64,000 bases of DNA, from assembly GCA_965226495.1 (NCBI GenBank), contig OZ245365.1, positions 3,232,001 through 3,296,000 of the forward strand. Reading direction: 5' to 3'. Both the position numbers and the translations under genes were made by a program. Every line of letters starts with the position of its first letter. Within the stretch, counting starts at the first letter, position 1. This document shows, one piece after another, positions 1-10,454 of this stretch. Below the pieces are notes generated by a model. That model was not told where the DNA came from, did no database searches, and saw nothing but the letters and a program-made list of their open reading frames with translations. The stretch is from Candidatus Marinacidobacterales bacterium. Lineage in GTDB: Bacteria; Acidobacteriota; Vicinamibacteria; Marinacidobacterales; DATDRI01.

Positions 1-2
1 CC

Positions 3-1331
3 ACCGGCGAAAGCGCTTGGCTGCTCCTTGGGCTCACCGGCATGGGCTACATGATCGGAATCCATGCCGTTTGGATTGTGCTCGGTGAAGTCTTGGGTGT
101 CGCTCTCGGCTGGGCGTACGTCGCGCTCCCCTTCAAGGAGTACACCGACCGTTACGATTCCATCACCGTCCCCGACTATCTGGAGAGCCGCTTCCGCGAC
201 CGGCACCACGTCATCCGACTGGTGAGCTTCGTCATCATCTTTACCATGGTTACCGCCTATACGGCCGCACAACTCACTGCATCGGGAAAAGCCTTCAGTT
301 CCTTTCTCGGAACGAGCTACACCGGGGGCGTGCTCATAGGTGCCGCCGTCATTCTTTATTACACTTCGGTGGGCGGCTTCAAAGCGGTCGCGTACAGCGA
401 TTTGCTGCAGGGCATCCTGATGTTCGGCGGCCTTCTAGTGCTCCCCATCGTTGGCATCGCGGCTGCCGGCGGATGGGGCGAGACGATGTCGCAGCTGCAC
501 TCGCAAGATCCCAACCTGCTCTTACCGATGGGAGAGCTCGGATTTTCCACCGCCGGCGTAATAAGCGCCTTGAGCTTCGTCGGGATCGGCTTCGCGTTTC
601 TCGGCGCCCCGCAGCTCCTCACACGCTTCATGGCCGCCAAGAACCGAGGCGAGATCGTGCGGGGAAGTCTCCTCGCCATCATTTGTATCATCGTGTTCGA
701 CACCGGTGCGGTTCTCGCCGGCATGGCCGGTCGCGTCTTGTTCCCGAGCCTTTCTGATCCGGAGACCATCCTGCCCACCATGAGCACCGAGCTCTTCCCC
801 GCTATCTTCACTGGCGTGTTCCTGGTTATCGTTCTCGCGGCGATTATGTCGACGGTGGATTCGCTGCTGATACTGGCTTCGTCCGCGGTGGTGAGAGACG
901 TGGTGCAGAAGATCTTCCATCCCGATCTTTCCGAGGCTCGACTGTCGCTTTACGGGAAGCTCACCACGGTCGTGATCGGCGCCGGGGCGTTGGTATTCGC
1001 TCTCAGTGAGGTCCGCATGATCTTCTGGTTCATTCTTTTCGCGTGGTCGGGCTTGGCGTCGGCGTTTACCCCGGTCGTTCTCTGCTCACTCTTCTGGAAG
1101 AGAACCACTAGGGCGGGCGCCATCGTCGGGATGGTGGCCGGGTTTCTCACCGCGGTGGTCTGGGTGATCGCTTTGAAGCAGCACTTCTACGACCTTTATG
1201 AGATGATCCCGGGGTTTGCGGCGGGATTCCTAGCAACGATTGTCGTCAGTCTCCTCACCGAACCACCGGAGGGAGCGGACGAAGAATTCGAAGAAGTTTG
1301 GCGGACCATAGGTCAAGACCCAGGGGGTTAG
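3..1331 (+). CDS. putP: Sodium:solute (proline) symporter, SSS family; 5' end outside the window
   Basis: Frame is open to the window start (TGESAWLLLGLTGM). Motifs: YTSVGGFKAVAYSDLLQG, GAPQLLTRFMAAK, AAIMSTVDSLL. Many TM helices. Confidence 0.85.
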   Translation, partial: TGESAWLLLGLTGMGYMIGIHAVWIVLGEVLGVALGWAYVALPFKEYTDRYDSITVPDYLESRFRDRHHVIRLVSFVIIFTMVTAYTAAQLTASGKAFSSFLGTSYTGGVLIGAAVILYYTSVGGFKAVAYSDLLQGILMFGGLLVLPIVGIAAAGGWGETMSQLHSQDPNLLLPMGELGFSTAGVISALSFVGIGFAFLGAPQLLTRFMAAKNRGEIVRGSLLAIICIIVFDTGAVLAGMAGRVLFPSLSDPETILPTMSTELFPAIFTGVFLVIVLAAIMSTVDSLLILASSAVVRDVVQKIFHPDLSEARLSLYGKLTTVVIGAGALVFALSEVRMIFWFILFAWSGLASAFTPVVLCSLFWKRTTRAGAIVGMVAGFLTAVVWVIALKQHFYDLYEMIPGFAAGFLATIVVSLLTEPPEGADEEFEEVWRTIGQDPGG

Positions 1332-1336
1332 CATCA

Positions 1337-2671
1337 ATGGGAAGAGTTGCTGTAGTTATCGTATTTCTCTCTACTATTTCTTTCGTTTCTTGGGCGGTCG
1401 AGCCTCCAGCCGACGCCGAAAAAAACTGGGGGCAGTGGCGAGGCCCCTCGGCCACGGGCGTCTCACCAGATGGCAATCCGCCGATCGAGTGGAGCGAAAC
1501 CAAGAATGTGCGCTGGAAGATCGAGATCCCCGGCAAGGGATACGGAACACCGGTCATTTGGGGAGATCAACTCTTCGTTCTAACCGCCGTCTCCGTCGGG
1601 GAGCAGGCGGCGCCGGAACCTGAACCCGAAGAGGGTGGCGAGCGCAGGAGAAGACCGAATATCACACCCTCGATGCAGAAGTTCGTCGTCATGGCGATCG
1701 ATCGCCGAGACGGATCCATCCTTTGGGAGAAAACGGCCCGCGAAGAGACTCCTCACGAAGGCACTCACCCTGACGGAAGCTGGGCCTCCGCCTCTGCGAT
1801 CACCGACGGCCAACACGTTTACGCCTACTTCGGCTCGCACGGACTGTACTGCTTCGACATGAACGGCAATCTTGTTTGGGAAGTCGACCTCGGCGAAATG
1901 AAGACCCGGCGAGGCTTCGGCGAAGGCAGTTCGCCGGCGCTTCACGGCGACAAGCTGGTGGTGAACTGGGACCACGAAGAACAATCCTTCATCGTGGCGC
2001 TCGACAAGACCACCGGAAAAGAGCTTTGGAGAACGAACCGCGACGAAATCACATCCTGGTCTTCGCCCCTGATCGTCGAGCACGGTGGCAAGGCGCAGGT
2101 GATCACCAGCGCGACCAACCGCATCCGAAGCTATGACCTCGAGACCGGAAAACAGATTTGGGAAGCGGGTGGGATGACCGTCAACACGATCCCGACCCCG
2201 GTCGCCGCCGACGGCATGGTCTACGCAACGAGCGGATTTCGTGGCAGTGCGCTGCTTGCCATTAACCTAGCGGACGCCAAGGGAAACATCGACGGGTCGG
2301 GAGCCATCGCGTGGAAGTACGACCGAGACACGCCCTACGTGCCGTCACCTCTCCTCTACAAAGACGCGATCTATTTCTTCAAGGTGAACTCGGGGATTCT
2401 TTCCTGCTTCAACGCAAAAACAGGAGAGCCCTACTACGGCCCACAACGTCTTGGAGACGTGATGAACGTCTACGCCTCGCCGGTCGCAGCCCAGGACCGT
2501 GTCTACATCACCGGACGCGGGGGCACGACGTTGGTGATCCGGCATGGACCCAAGTTCGAGGTGCTAGCCACCAACGATCTGGACGACCACATTGACGCGT
2601 CACCGGCGGTCGTGGGCGACACGATTTATCTACGGGGACACAGGAATCTCTACGCTATCGCGGAGGAATAG
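1337..2671 (+). CDS. Secreted PQQ-binding-like beta-propeller repeat protein (BamB-like)
   Basis: Signal peptide, NWGQWRGP motif, repeated SSP/W-x-x propeller blades. Start placed at ATG 1337, after the upstream stop. Confidence 0.85.
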   Translation: MGRVAVVIVFLSTISFVSWAVEPPADAEKNWGQWRGPSATGVSPDGNPPIEWSETKNVRWKIEIPGKGYGTPVIWGDQLFVLTAVSVGEQAAPEPEPEEGGERRRRPNITPSMQKFVVMAIDRRDGSILWEKTAREETPHEGTHPDGSWASASAITDGQHVYAYFGSHGLYCFDMNGNLVWEVDLGEMKTRRGFGEGSSPALHGDKLVVNWDHEEQSFIVALDKTTGKELWRTNRDEITSWSSPLIVEHGGKAQVITSATNRIRSYDLETGKQIWEAGGMTVNTIPTPVAADGMVYATSGFRGSALLAINLADAKGNIDGSGAIAWKYDRDTPYVPSPLLYKDAIYFFKVNSGILSCFNAKTGEPYYGPQRLGDVMNVYASPVAAQDRVYITGRGGTTLVIRHGPKFEVLATNDLDDHIDASPAVVGDTIYLRGHRNLYAIAEE

Positions 2672-3734
2672 GGGCGGCGCGGAGGGTCGCCGCTAGGGCT
2701 CGGCCGCGAGAGGCACCAATCTTCCGCTGGATGAACGCCGCACCAAACGTTCGCTCCGCGGTCAGACGATTGTGCGGCCCGCAGTGAAGCCGCAGATTCC
2801 TCTCGTCGTGGCTGCCACCTAACGCAAAGGCCCGCAGGTGCTCAATCTGGAGCCCAGTCCGCGCCCGGCATCGAGTCCCGTCCCGCCCCCGGAACTCACA
2901 TCGGTGACCCGCCCTCTCGTGGACCAATTCGCGGACGTGCGGAGGAATGTAACGAGATCGGGCAGGAACCTTGCCCGGGCAAGGTTTGTCGCCGTCTCTC
3001 GATTTCCGCAGTAGACGCCGTGCACGCTGTCGCTTCAGGTCCTTCTTGTCGAGCGCGATGTCCATCGCCCGCTCCATGATCTCGGCCATGTGTTGGAGGG
3101 GGTTCTCGACGCCGAGAACCTCCGCCAGACGCTCGAACTTGTCTCTGAAATTTCGGTCCGCGGCGAATCGGAAATTGAACACCTCCGGCCGCGCCGGCTC
3201 GAGGATAGTCGGTGACACCCGGGGAGTCGGTCGGACTATCGGTGTTGGGGCCGGTTCCCTCAGAGGCCTGGCGACAGATGGCGCCTTCCGAATCGACGCA
3301 GCAAAGACCGCCTTCGGCCGAAGCGCGACGAGGTATTCGTCGACCTCACGTTTCGTCATCCCGGCGCAGTCGCGTAGAAACCTCTCCACGTTGTCCTCCC
3401 GAAGATGCGGTGCGAGCAATCCAGCGAGCGTAAGGCTTACCCGGTTCTCCGCCAATGCAACGAGTATCTGAGGAAAACGCAATGCAACATTCGCCACCTG
3501 AATCCGCCGGGCGACCGAACCCTCGCTAAGGTTCAAGCGCTTGGTGCAGTACGCAAAGAGATTCCCGTACCCACATTCCAGATGGCCCTTCCTTCTCGAC
3601 ATCTCACTAATGTGAGCGATGACGAGCGCAATGTTTCGCTTCTCGGCACGGACCAATTTTTCGGTGGAGTGATCAAGCTCCTCCGTCGAGAGACTCTCGA
3701 GTTTCTCAAAGTACGTCTTCACTTTTTCGATCAT
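2655..3734 (-). CDS. DUF222-like N-terminus plus C-terminal HNH endonuclease
   Basis: GYGNLFAYC..LNLSEG...RRI N-terminus. RAGHRCEF...C.....LQIEH....LGGSHDERNLRLHCGPHN HNH/Zn motif. Confidence 0.8.
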   Translation of the reverse strand: MIEKVKTYFEKLESLSTEELDHSTEKLVRAEKRNIALVIAHISEMSRRKGHLECGYGNLFAYCTKRLNLSEGSVARRIQVANVALRFPQILVALAENRVSLTLAGLLAPHLREDNVERFLRDCAGMTKREVDEYLVALRPKAVFAASIRKAPSVARPLREPAPTPIVRPTPRVSPTILEPARPEVFNFRFAADRNFRDKFERLAEVLGVENPLQHMAEIMERAMDIALDKKDLKRQRARRLLRKSRDGDKPCPGKVPARSRYIPPHVRELVHERAGHRCEFRGRDGTRCRARTGLQIEHLRAFALGGSHDERNLRLHCGPHNRLTAERTFGAAFIQRKIGASRGRALAATLRAAPIPPR

Positions 3735-3961
3735 GAGTATCGCCCCCTCTTTCTAATATACGAGTGGCTTTTGAGTGTGTCTGAACGACGGTTAGACGGA
3801 AGCCAAAGCACCAAAGTGAAAAAGATGCTGAAAGTTTGCGGGGAGGATGCGAGAGGAAACCGGAGCGTGCTAGGAAAGTATTTTCGTTAGCGTTCTATTG
3901 CTTAACGAAATTGTTGAGCGAAACCTGTCAAGTCCTTTTTTGACTTTTTCGGCTGTAACTC

Positions 3962-6850
3962 TTACCTCACCGGGCCCAAGTAGCGGTCCAGCCAGTTGAG
4001 GGTTTCTTTGATGAGCTCCGTCCGCGGTACAGAGTGTCCTTTTTCATACACGAACATCTTCTTGTGCTCTGGCGGTGTTCCAAGAAGTTCGAAGAACGGC
4101 TTTTGGGAAGTCTCGAGAGGGAAGAAAAAGTCGTAACGACCATTGAGCATCAGGACCGGGACCGTTGCGCGCGGGAGGAAGTTGAAAGGATCTACTTCCG
4201 GCTGCGCCCTCTGGAGCATTAGCCCCGCCACATACAGGACTCCGACTTTGAACCTCTCCTCGACCGCCAACATGATGGGTCCCATCGCGCCTCCCCAGCT
4301 AACGCCAAAGTACGCAAGGTTGTCGGCGTCAATATCTTCACGGGTTTCAAGGTAGTCGATCGAACGCTCTAGATCTTTCCCCCACTGGATAACGTGTTCC
4401 TTGTAGAAGTTCGTCTCGTTCTGGTAGTCCGACTTCAGGCCATCCCCGCGTTCGTAGGTGCCTTTGTAGATGGGCCATATGAACGCCCGGCCGCTCTTGA
4501 GGATGAAGTCGGCCCGTCGCGGCCTCAGAGACTCACTCGACCTGGTGTGAATGGCGCCAGAGCCGGGAAAAAAAACAACCGCTTGATACGGTGGGCTTCC
4601 TGACTTCGGCAAAAAAAGATAGGCGAACATTCGCTCGTTTCCGTACCCGGCGTCGAAGGACACCTTTTGTCTCACCCAGTCTTCAGCACTTTGATCCTCG
4701 TACTCGATCTCGGCCTTCAGGTCTGTCTTGTCGTACGCATAAAGCCGTTTATAGACGTCGAAGATCTCGTCAGAAACTGGTTTTTCCTGGCGGTAGTCAC
4801 GATAGGGAACTTCTACACGTGCTGCGAAAGTCGTCAGATCTTCAGATGTGCCAATGGACTTCATGCACCGAAATCCATTAATGGGAGAACGATCAAACGG
4901 ATCCTGGGCATTGGCGTCGTTGAACATGTATACGGCATCACTCCACCCGCCGCCCAAAACGAAGCGTCGGCCTCGCGTGTCCTCGTTCTGACACCACTCC
5001 CGCACATTCCCGGCCATGTCGTAGCTACCCAAGCCACTCATGCCGCGATGACTTCCCACCGGAGCCGGCCCGTCGCCGAAATTGCTGAGGGGAACTAGCT
5101 CACCACTCAACCACGCAGTCGAAGCTTTGTTCCAATGAAAAATTGTCGGAAGGGCCTTGCCAGCATACTCGGCGTAAGCCGCGGCCTCGTACCAACTAAC
5201 ACCCGTCACGGGATAATCATCTTCACTTTCCGAGTGGTCGCCAGCCTCCCAAGTGGCTGGCCCCGGCCTTCCGGTTGCGTCCACGAATTCGGCCATGGCC
5301 TCTTCGAACGAGAGAATGGATCCCTCTTTGGTGAAGTCGTGCTTCCAATATTCGCGCTTCTCGTATCCCCCAGCATCGACAAATTTCTTGAAATCCGCGT
5401 TTGTGACCTCGTATTTGTCGATGAAATAGTCCTCTAGTGGGCCGGGATCGAGATGCTCTAGACCGACGATGAAAAGCTCACCGTCACCCACAGCTCGAAC
5501 CATTCCAGCAGGAACCGTCGATTCCTCGTCCAGAGAAATGTTCACGTCGCGGCGAGCAGCACCCTCTACGGTGGCAAAGCCTTCCTTCGCTATCTTGAAC
5601 TCAAACACACTTCTAGGAACCCTGTGTCCAGCGAGCGGAGTCTCACCCACGTAGCGCCAGTCGCTCTCCCCCGCTTTATACGCTCTGACGTGAACGGCGG
5701 CACCAGCTGGGGCGGTCTCGAAGGATACTTCTCGCGTGAAATCCCGAAAAAATCCTGCGAGGGTTGGATCTTCGGGTAGGTGTTCTTCCGCCTGCACCGC
5801 GAGTTCGAAAGCAGGGAACAACTCGTCTTGCTCCGCCAACTCCATGATCCGTGGTAGTTGCACTCTCGCCCAACGCAACTCGCTCGTCGCTTGAAGAAAC
5901 CAAATCGCTCCCACCGCCGGGGCGAAGATGAGCAAGAACGCCAACAAGAACTTCCACCGGCTTCTCTTTTTTGGAGGCTCCTCGTCAACGACCGCCTGCA
6001 GCTCCGTCGTCGTCTCCTCCGAAAGCGCGTCGATCGCGTTACCGACATCGAGCGCCGTCTGGAAACGTTCGTCGGGATTCTTCTTCAAGCACCAATCAAC
6101 GATTTGCTCGAGGCTCGAGGGAAGGTTGGTTTTTTTCTTAGAGAGCGGCGGCGGTTCCTCCTTGAGGATTGCAGACATGACGACGCCGGCGGACTCTCCA
6201 TGGAAGGCCCTTTCGCCGGTCAGCATTTCATAGAGGATGGCACCGAAGGAGAACACATCCGATCGTTGGTCGGCGGATTGGCCGCGTACTTGCTCGGGAG
6301 ACATGTACCCGACGGTTCCCATGATGGTTCCGGGTTCGGTAGCGCGCGTCTTGGTGGCCGCTGCTTCCCCACCTCCCTCTTCGGCTTGTTTGGCGAGACC
6401 GAAGTCGAGAACCTTGAGCTTCCCGTCCTTAGTTATAAATAGGTTCTCGGGTTTCAGGTCGCGATGCACGATGCCACGCTCATGGGCGGCCGCGAGCCCG
6501 TCGACAGCTTGACGCGCATAGCCGATCGCTTCGACCGGTGACATCGTGCCCTCTTCGAGTCGGTCTCGAAGGGTCTTGCCTTCCAAGAGCTCCGTAACCG
6601 CGAAGGTGACGCCTTGATCCTCACCAAAGTCATGAATGGCAAGTACATTGGGATGGGAGAGAGCCGCTACGGCTCTTGCTTCACGCTCGAAACGCTCGCG
6701 CCGCTCGGGAGAGTCGGCAACGTCCGGGGGAAGTATCTTGAGGGCTACTTTGCGAGCGAGCTTGGTGTCTTGGGCAAGGAAGACTTCTCCCATTCCTCCG
6801 CTGCCGAGCTTTTCCAGGACCTTGTAGCGGCCAAGCGTTTTGCCAACCAC
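3962..6850 (-). CDS. Ser/Thr protein kinase fused via a TM helix to an FGE-sulfatase domain and an alpha/beta hydrolase domain
   Basis: Kinase: GSGGMGEV, HRDLKPEN, DFGLAK, YMSPEQ. FGE-like: IDKYEVTN, DMAGNVREW. Hydrolase: GVSWGG nucleophile elbow. GTG start at 6850 after a GGAGG RBS. Confidence 0.85.
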   Translation of the reverse strand: MVGKTLGRYKVLEKLGSGGMGEVFLAQDTKLARKVALKILPPDVADSPERRERFEREARAVAALSHPNVLAIHDFGEDQGVTFAVTELLEGKTLRDRLEEGTMSPVEAIGYARQAVDGLAAAHERGIVHRDLKPENLFITKDGKLKVLDFGLAKQAEEGGGEAAATKTRATEPGTIMGTVGYMSPEQVRGQSADQRSDVFSFGAILYEMLTGERAFHGESAGVVMSAILKEEPPPLSKKKTNLPSSLEQIVDWCLKKNPDERFQTALDVGNAIDALSEETTTELQAVVDEEPPKKRSRWKFLLAFLLIFAPAVGAIWFLQATSELRWARVQLPRIMELAEQDELFPAFELAVQAEEHLPEDPTLAGFFRDFTREVSFETAPAGAAVHVRAYKAGESDWRYVGETPLAGHRVPRSVFEFKIAKEGFATVEGAARRDVNISLDEESTVPAGMVRAVGDGELFIVGLEHLDPGPLEDYFIDKYEVTNADFKKFVDAGGYEKREYWKHDFTKEGSILSFEEAMAEFVDATGRPGPATWEAGDHSESEDDYPVTGVSWYEAAAYAEYAGKALPTIFHWNKASTAWLSGELVPLSNFGDGPAPVGSHRGMSGLGSYDMAGNVREWCQNEDTRGRRFVLGGGWSDAVYMFNDANAQDPFDRSPINGFRCMKSIGTSEDLTTFAARVEVPYRDYRQEKPVSDEIFDVYKRLYAYDKTDLKAEIEYEDQSAEDWVRQKVSFDAGYGNERMFAYLFLPKSGSPPYQAVVFFPGSGAIHTRSSESLRPRRADFILKSGRAFIWPIYKGTYERGDGLKSDYQNETNFYKEHVIQWGKDLERSIDYLETREDIDADNLAYFGVSWGGAMGPIMLAVEERFKVGVLYVAGLMLQRAQPEVDPFNFLPRATVPVLMLNGRYDFFFPLETSQKPFFELLGTPPEHKKMFVYEKGHSVPRTELIKETLNWLDRYLGPVR

Positions 6851-6981
6851 GAGTTCCTCCCGAGCGGATGTCGGCGACCCGAAGACTGTCGGAGTGCGAC
6901 GGCGCCGATTATACCCCCGGGCGGCATGCAAAACACAGCGCTTGACAAAATTGGACCAAATCGCTTCTTTGTACCCGCGAG

Positions 6982-7326
6982 ATGCCGCGAGCCGCACGCA
7001 AGCAAAGCGCCTGGAACGAAGTGTATCGAATCGTTCGACGTATCCCCCACGGAAGAGTGATGAACTACGGTCAGATCGCGCAACTTCTCAAGCGGCCGCT
7101 CTCCGCACGGGCGGTCGGCTGGGCGATGCGGCAATGTCCCGAAGGCCTCCCCTGGCACCGTGTGGTGAACGCTTCCGGAGGCTGCTCGACCGATCACCTG
7201 CCAGACCACCCGCCGGGCCTTCAACGTGCCCTATTGGAAGCAGAAGGCGTGCGCTTCCGCCAAGACAATACCCTCGAGCTCTCCCGATACCGCTGGTCAC
7301 CTAGAAAACGTCGCGCCACTAGCTAG
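6982..7326 (+). CDS. Alkyltransferase-like (ATL/YbaZ, MGMT family) DNA-binding protein
   Basis: IPHGRVMNYGQIA...ARAVG...PWHRVVN; W replaces the catalytic C of PCHRV. Confidence 0.85.
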   Translation: MPRAARKQSAWNEVYRIVRRIPHGRVMNYGQIAQLLKRPLSARAVGWAMRQCPEGLPWHRVVNASGGCSTDHLPDHPPGLQRALLEAEGVRFRQDNTLELSRYRWSPRKRRATS

Positions 7327-7383
7327 ACGGGTCCGGCGGCGGCATGGTATAAGCCAGCCAGCCAGTAACGAGGGAGGGACCCA

Positions 7384-9852
7384 ATGACAAAGCGGCTTTT
7401 TCTCTTCGTGATTGTCTACATTCCACTTTTCGCACTGACGACGTTTGCGCAGGAAACCGGTCGCCTCTCAGGCCGCGTCGCGCGTGAAGACGGAACGGGC
7501 GTCGGAGGCGTCACCGTCGTCATCAACGAAATCTCGATGGCTGACATCACGGACCAGGGAGGGACCTTCGCCTTCGACGACGTGCCGGTAGGAACGTACT
7601 CGATCACGTTCATCTTGGGCGAAAGCTCCGACTCGGAGTCCGGCATCGAGGTAACGGCTGGCATGACGGCAACCGTCGAAAAAGCGGTCGACTGGGAGAT
7701 CGGTTTCGTCGAAACGATGACCGTGACTTCGGCTTCCATGCAAAGGGAGCGGATCGTAGAGGCGCCAGCCGCCATAAGTGTCGTCACCGAAGAACAGATC
7801 GCCAGTAAAGCCGCCTTCGGTCAGGTTCCAAAACTGGTGGAGTTCACGCCGGGCGCCAATGTGACGCAGAGCGGACTCTACGATTTCAACGTCAACACGC
7901 GCGGTTTCAATACCTCGTTGAACCGCCGCGTGGCCACCCTCATCGACGGTCGAAATCCCGCCGTGCCGTTTCTGGGCGCGCAAGAATGGGCCGCCATTTC
8001 GTTCCCCGTTGATGATTTGGCAAGCGTCGAGTTCTTGCGGGGCCCTAGCGCTGCGCTCTATGGCGCGAATGCTTCCAGTGGCGTCCTGAACCTGACCTCG
8101 AAAGCCCCCCGGGAATCCCAGGGCGGCCAGGTTCGCTTCACCGTCGGAGAGATCGATACCGTGAACCTCGACTTCCGCTGGGCGGGAGGGCTAGGCAACG
8201 ATTGGTACATGAAGGCCGTGGCCGGGATGCGGAGAACGGGAGACTTCACGGTGTCGCGCACGTTCAACCCGACCGATCCGCTCGGCTCTGTCGAGTACGC
8301 CGTACCCTGCCTTGCACCGGGCCAAATCGATTGCCTACCTTTGGAGCGCGCACCACTAAACCCACTGGATGACGACGAGGTCTATTTCGGTGGCCTCCGC
8401 CTCGACAAGTACCTCCAGAACGGCAGTTTCTTCACCGTCGAAGGAGGCATGGCCACCGTCAAGGGTCCTGTCTTCCAAACTGGACTGGGGCGGGTTCAAT
8501 TGGGGGGGTCGGTGGACGGAAACGGTTCAGCGGTCAAACGCCCATGGGCGCGATTCAATTTCACGGCGCCGCGGTGGAACTTCCTCGCCTACTACACCGG
8601 TCGTAATGCTCCGAACCAATTGAACCTCCGACCCGGCAACAATTTCGCCTTGGACACGTTCAATCTGCAGTTCGAAGGCCAGTACAACTGGACCTTTGCC
8701 CAAGACAAAGTCAGAGTGGTTTTGGGGGGCGCCTATGGGCATGAAGACATCAACAGTGCCGATCCAGACACCGGAAGACAGACCCTCATGTTCGAGCCGG
8801 TCGCTTCAGACCGCGGAGCTGTTTTCGGCCAGGCGGATTGGAACATCACCGATCGGGTCAAGATCATCTTCGCGGGCCGATTCGACGACAGCACCCTGTA
8901 CAATGCCCAGTTCTCACCCAAGGCGGCCATCGTTTACAACTTCGACCCCAATCACACGATTCGCTTTACATACAACCGCGCCTTCCAAGTAGCCAATTAC
9001 TCTGAGTTCTTCCTGCAGGGGGACGTAGCAGCACCGGCCGACCTGAGCGGCCTCGAGGCCTTCTGCACGCCATTTGGTGTGAACTGCGGCTTCACCAATC
9101 CGACTCGCGTCCTTGCCCTTGGCAACGAAAGCCTCGCGGTCGAGGAGATCCAGACATTCGAGGTCGGCTATGCCGGGATCATCCAGCAGAAAGCCTTCTT
9201 CACCGTCGACTACTACAACAGCCGAGCCAACGATTTCATCACCGACCTATTGCCGCAGCTCGGAAGTTTCCCGGGCCGGCGAACCAACCCCAACTTCGGT
9301 CCGTGGGAGGGCCCCGATGGACTGCCTCCGCCTGTCGTGACCGCCATACGCGGCCTGGCTCCGCCGATACTCTCGAACAACCTCGACGGCTCCAACATCC
9401 TGGCGGCGGTGTCATACACGAACTTCGGTGAAGTGGACACGCAGGGCATCGAGATCGGCCTGAACTACTACTTCTTGGATCCGTGGAGGTTTACGTTGGC
9501 CTACTCGTGGTTCGATTTCGAGTCCAAGGAGAATCCGGCATTCGATCGTCTGCTCGCGCCCAATTCACCGGAGCACACGTTTAGGACCGGGCTCGGATAC
9601 AGGACCGACCGCTGGGATGCCGACTTCGGCGTCCGCTGGGTGGACGATTTCTTCTGGGCGGTGGGAGTCTTCCAAGGACCGGTGGAGTCTTACACGACGG
9701 TCGACTTGAGTGCTAACTTCCGCATCGTTGATCACTGGAAGGTCGGCACCAACATCTCGAACTTGTTCGACAGCGTGCACTATGAGGCATTCGGGGGAGA
9801 CCTCCTGGCGCGGAGGGCATTGGTTTACGTGGCTTTCGATTGGCAGAACTAG
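7384..9852 (+). CDS. TonB-dependent receptor with N-terminal carboxypeptidase-regulatory-like domain
   Basis: Signal peptide; plug motifs TVTSAS, EFLRGPSAALYGANA; C-terminal NLFD and aromatic terminal strand. Confidence 0.9.
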   Translation: MTKRLFLFVIVYIPLFALTTFAQETGRLSGRVAREDGTGVGGVTVVINEISMADITDQGGTFAFDDVPVGTYSITFILGESSDSESGIEVTAGMTATVEKAVDWEIGFVETMTVTSASMQRERIVEAPAAISVVTEEQIASKAAFGQVPKLVEFTPGANVTQSGLYDFNVNTRGFNTSLNRRVATLIDGRNPAVPFLGAQEWAAISFPVDDLASVEFLRGPSAALYGANASSGVLNLTSKAPRESQGGQVRFTVGEIDTVNLDFRWAGGLGNDWYMKAVAGMRRTGDFTVSRTFNPTDPLGSVEYAVPCLAPGQIDCLPLERAPLNPLDDDEVYFGGLRLDKYLQNGSFFTVEGGMATVKGPVFQTGLGRVQLGGSVDGNGSAVKRPWARFNFTAPRWNFLAYYTGRNAPNQLNLRPGNNFALDTFNLQFEGQYNWTFAQDKVRVVLGGAYGHEDINSADPDTGRQTLMFEPVASDRGAVFGQADWNITDRVKIIFAGRFDDSTLYNAQFSPKAAIVYNFDPNHTIRFTYNRAFQVANYSEFFLQGDVAAPADLSGLEAFCTPFGVNCGFTNPTRVLALGNESLAVEEIQTFEVGYAGIIQQKAFFTVDYYNSRANDFITDLLPQLGSFPGRRTNPNFGPWEGPDGLPPPVVTAIRGLAPPILSNNLDGSNILAAVSYTNFGEVDTQGIEIGLNYYFLDPWRFTLAYSWFDFESKENPAFDRLLAPNSPEHTFRTGLGYRTDRWDADFGVRWVDDFFWAVGVFQGPVESYTTVDLSANFRIVDHWKVGTNISNLFDSVHYEAFGGDLLARRALVYVAFDWQN

Positions 9853-9896
9853 GAGGCGACTGGCAGAACCAAAGGCAGTCGAAACTCGCCGGCGGC

Positions 9897-10274
9897 TTAG
9901 AGGCAGTCTGACGTCGGCTTCGGCTTCTTGACGACCAAAACCTTCATCGAGTCGCACGGCTCGGTGTGGTGGGACCAGCTGACGCCGATCGCGTTATGGG
10001 GCCCGTCGGGCAAGTTGAGCTCGACCGGCGGCTTCGCAGCCAACGTGGTCTGGGTACCCAACGGCAGTCCAAAAGACTTGCGGAAGGACTCGACCGCTTT
10101 ATCAAGCTGACCATCCTCGGCCAAGCTGAGCCCTCGATAGAAGTTCACCGTCGAGGAGAAGGCCGCAAGACCTGGGACCTTCCAACCGGATGAATGGGCA
10201 GGAACCAGGAGTATCCCGATCAAAACGACGACGAAGGTTGTCGCCTTGACGTCGGTAGGAACTCGAGCCCACAT
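9897..10274 (-). CDS. Hypothetical protein with N-terminal hydrophobic segment and one TPR-like helix pair
   Basis: ORF fills the gap between two + strand genes and is preceded by a sigma54-like promoter. YRGLSLAEDGQLDKAVESFRKS is TPR-like. Confidence 0.5.
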   Translation of the reverse strand: MWARVPTDVKATTFVVVLIGILLVPAHSSGWKVPGLAAFSSTVNFYRGLSLAEDGQLDKAVESFRKSFGLPLGTQTTLAAKPPVELNLPDGPHNAIGVSWSHHTEPCDSMKVLVVKKPKPTSDCL

Positions 10275-10288
10275 CTTGGGGTTCCATG

Positions 10289-10304
10289 TGCAAGGCGGAT
10301 GCCA
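10289..10304 (-). promoter_or_regulatory. Sigma54 (-24/-12) promoter
   Basis: Minus strand TGGCATCCGCCTTGCA: GG-N10-GC with TGGCA and TTGCA, just upstream of ORF 9897..10274. Confidence 0.6.
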
Positions 10305-10454
10305 GCTCTGCGCGATCGAATGAAGGACCGACCCATTCCATAAGCATTTTGATTTGAAACACTTACCGGCGGACCCCAGCTCGCGGCCTAGACGCTGGTT
10401 TGGGAACGTGCAAAGAAATTAGACAAGCCGCTGGCGATCCGTTACAACTTCGTA

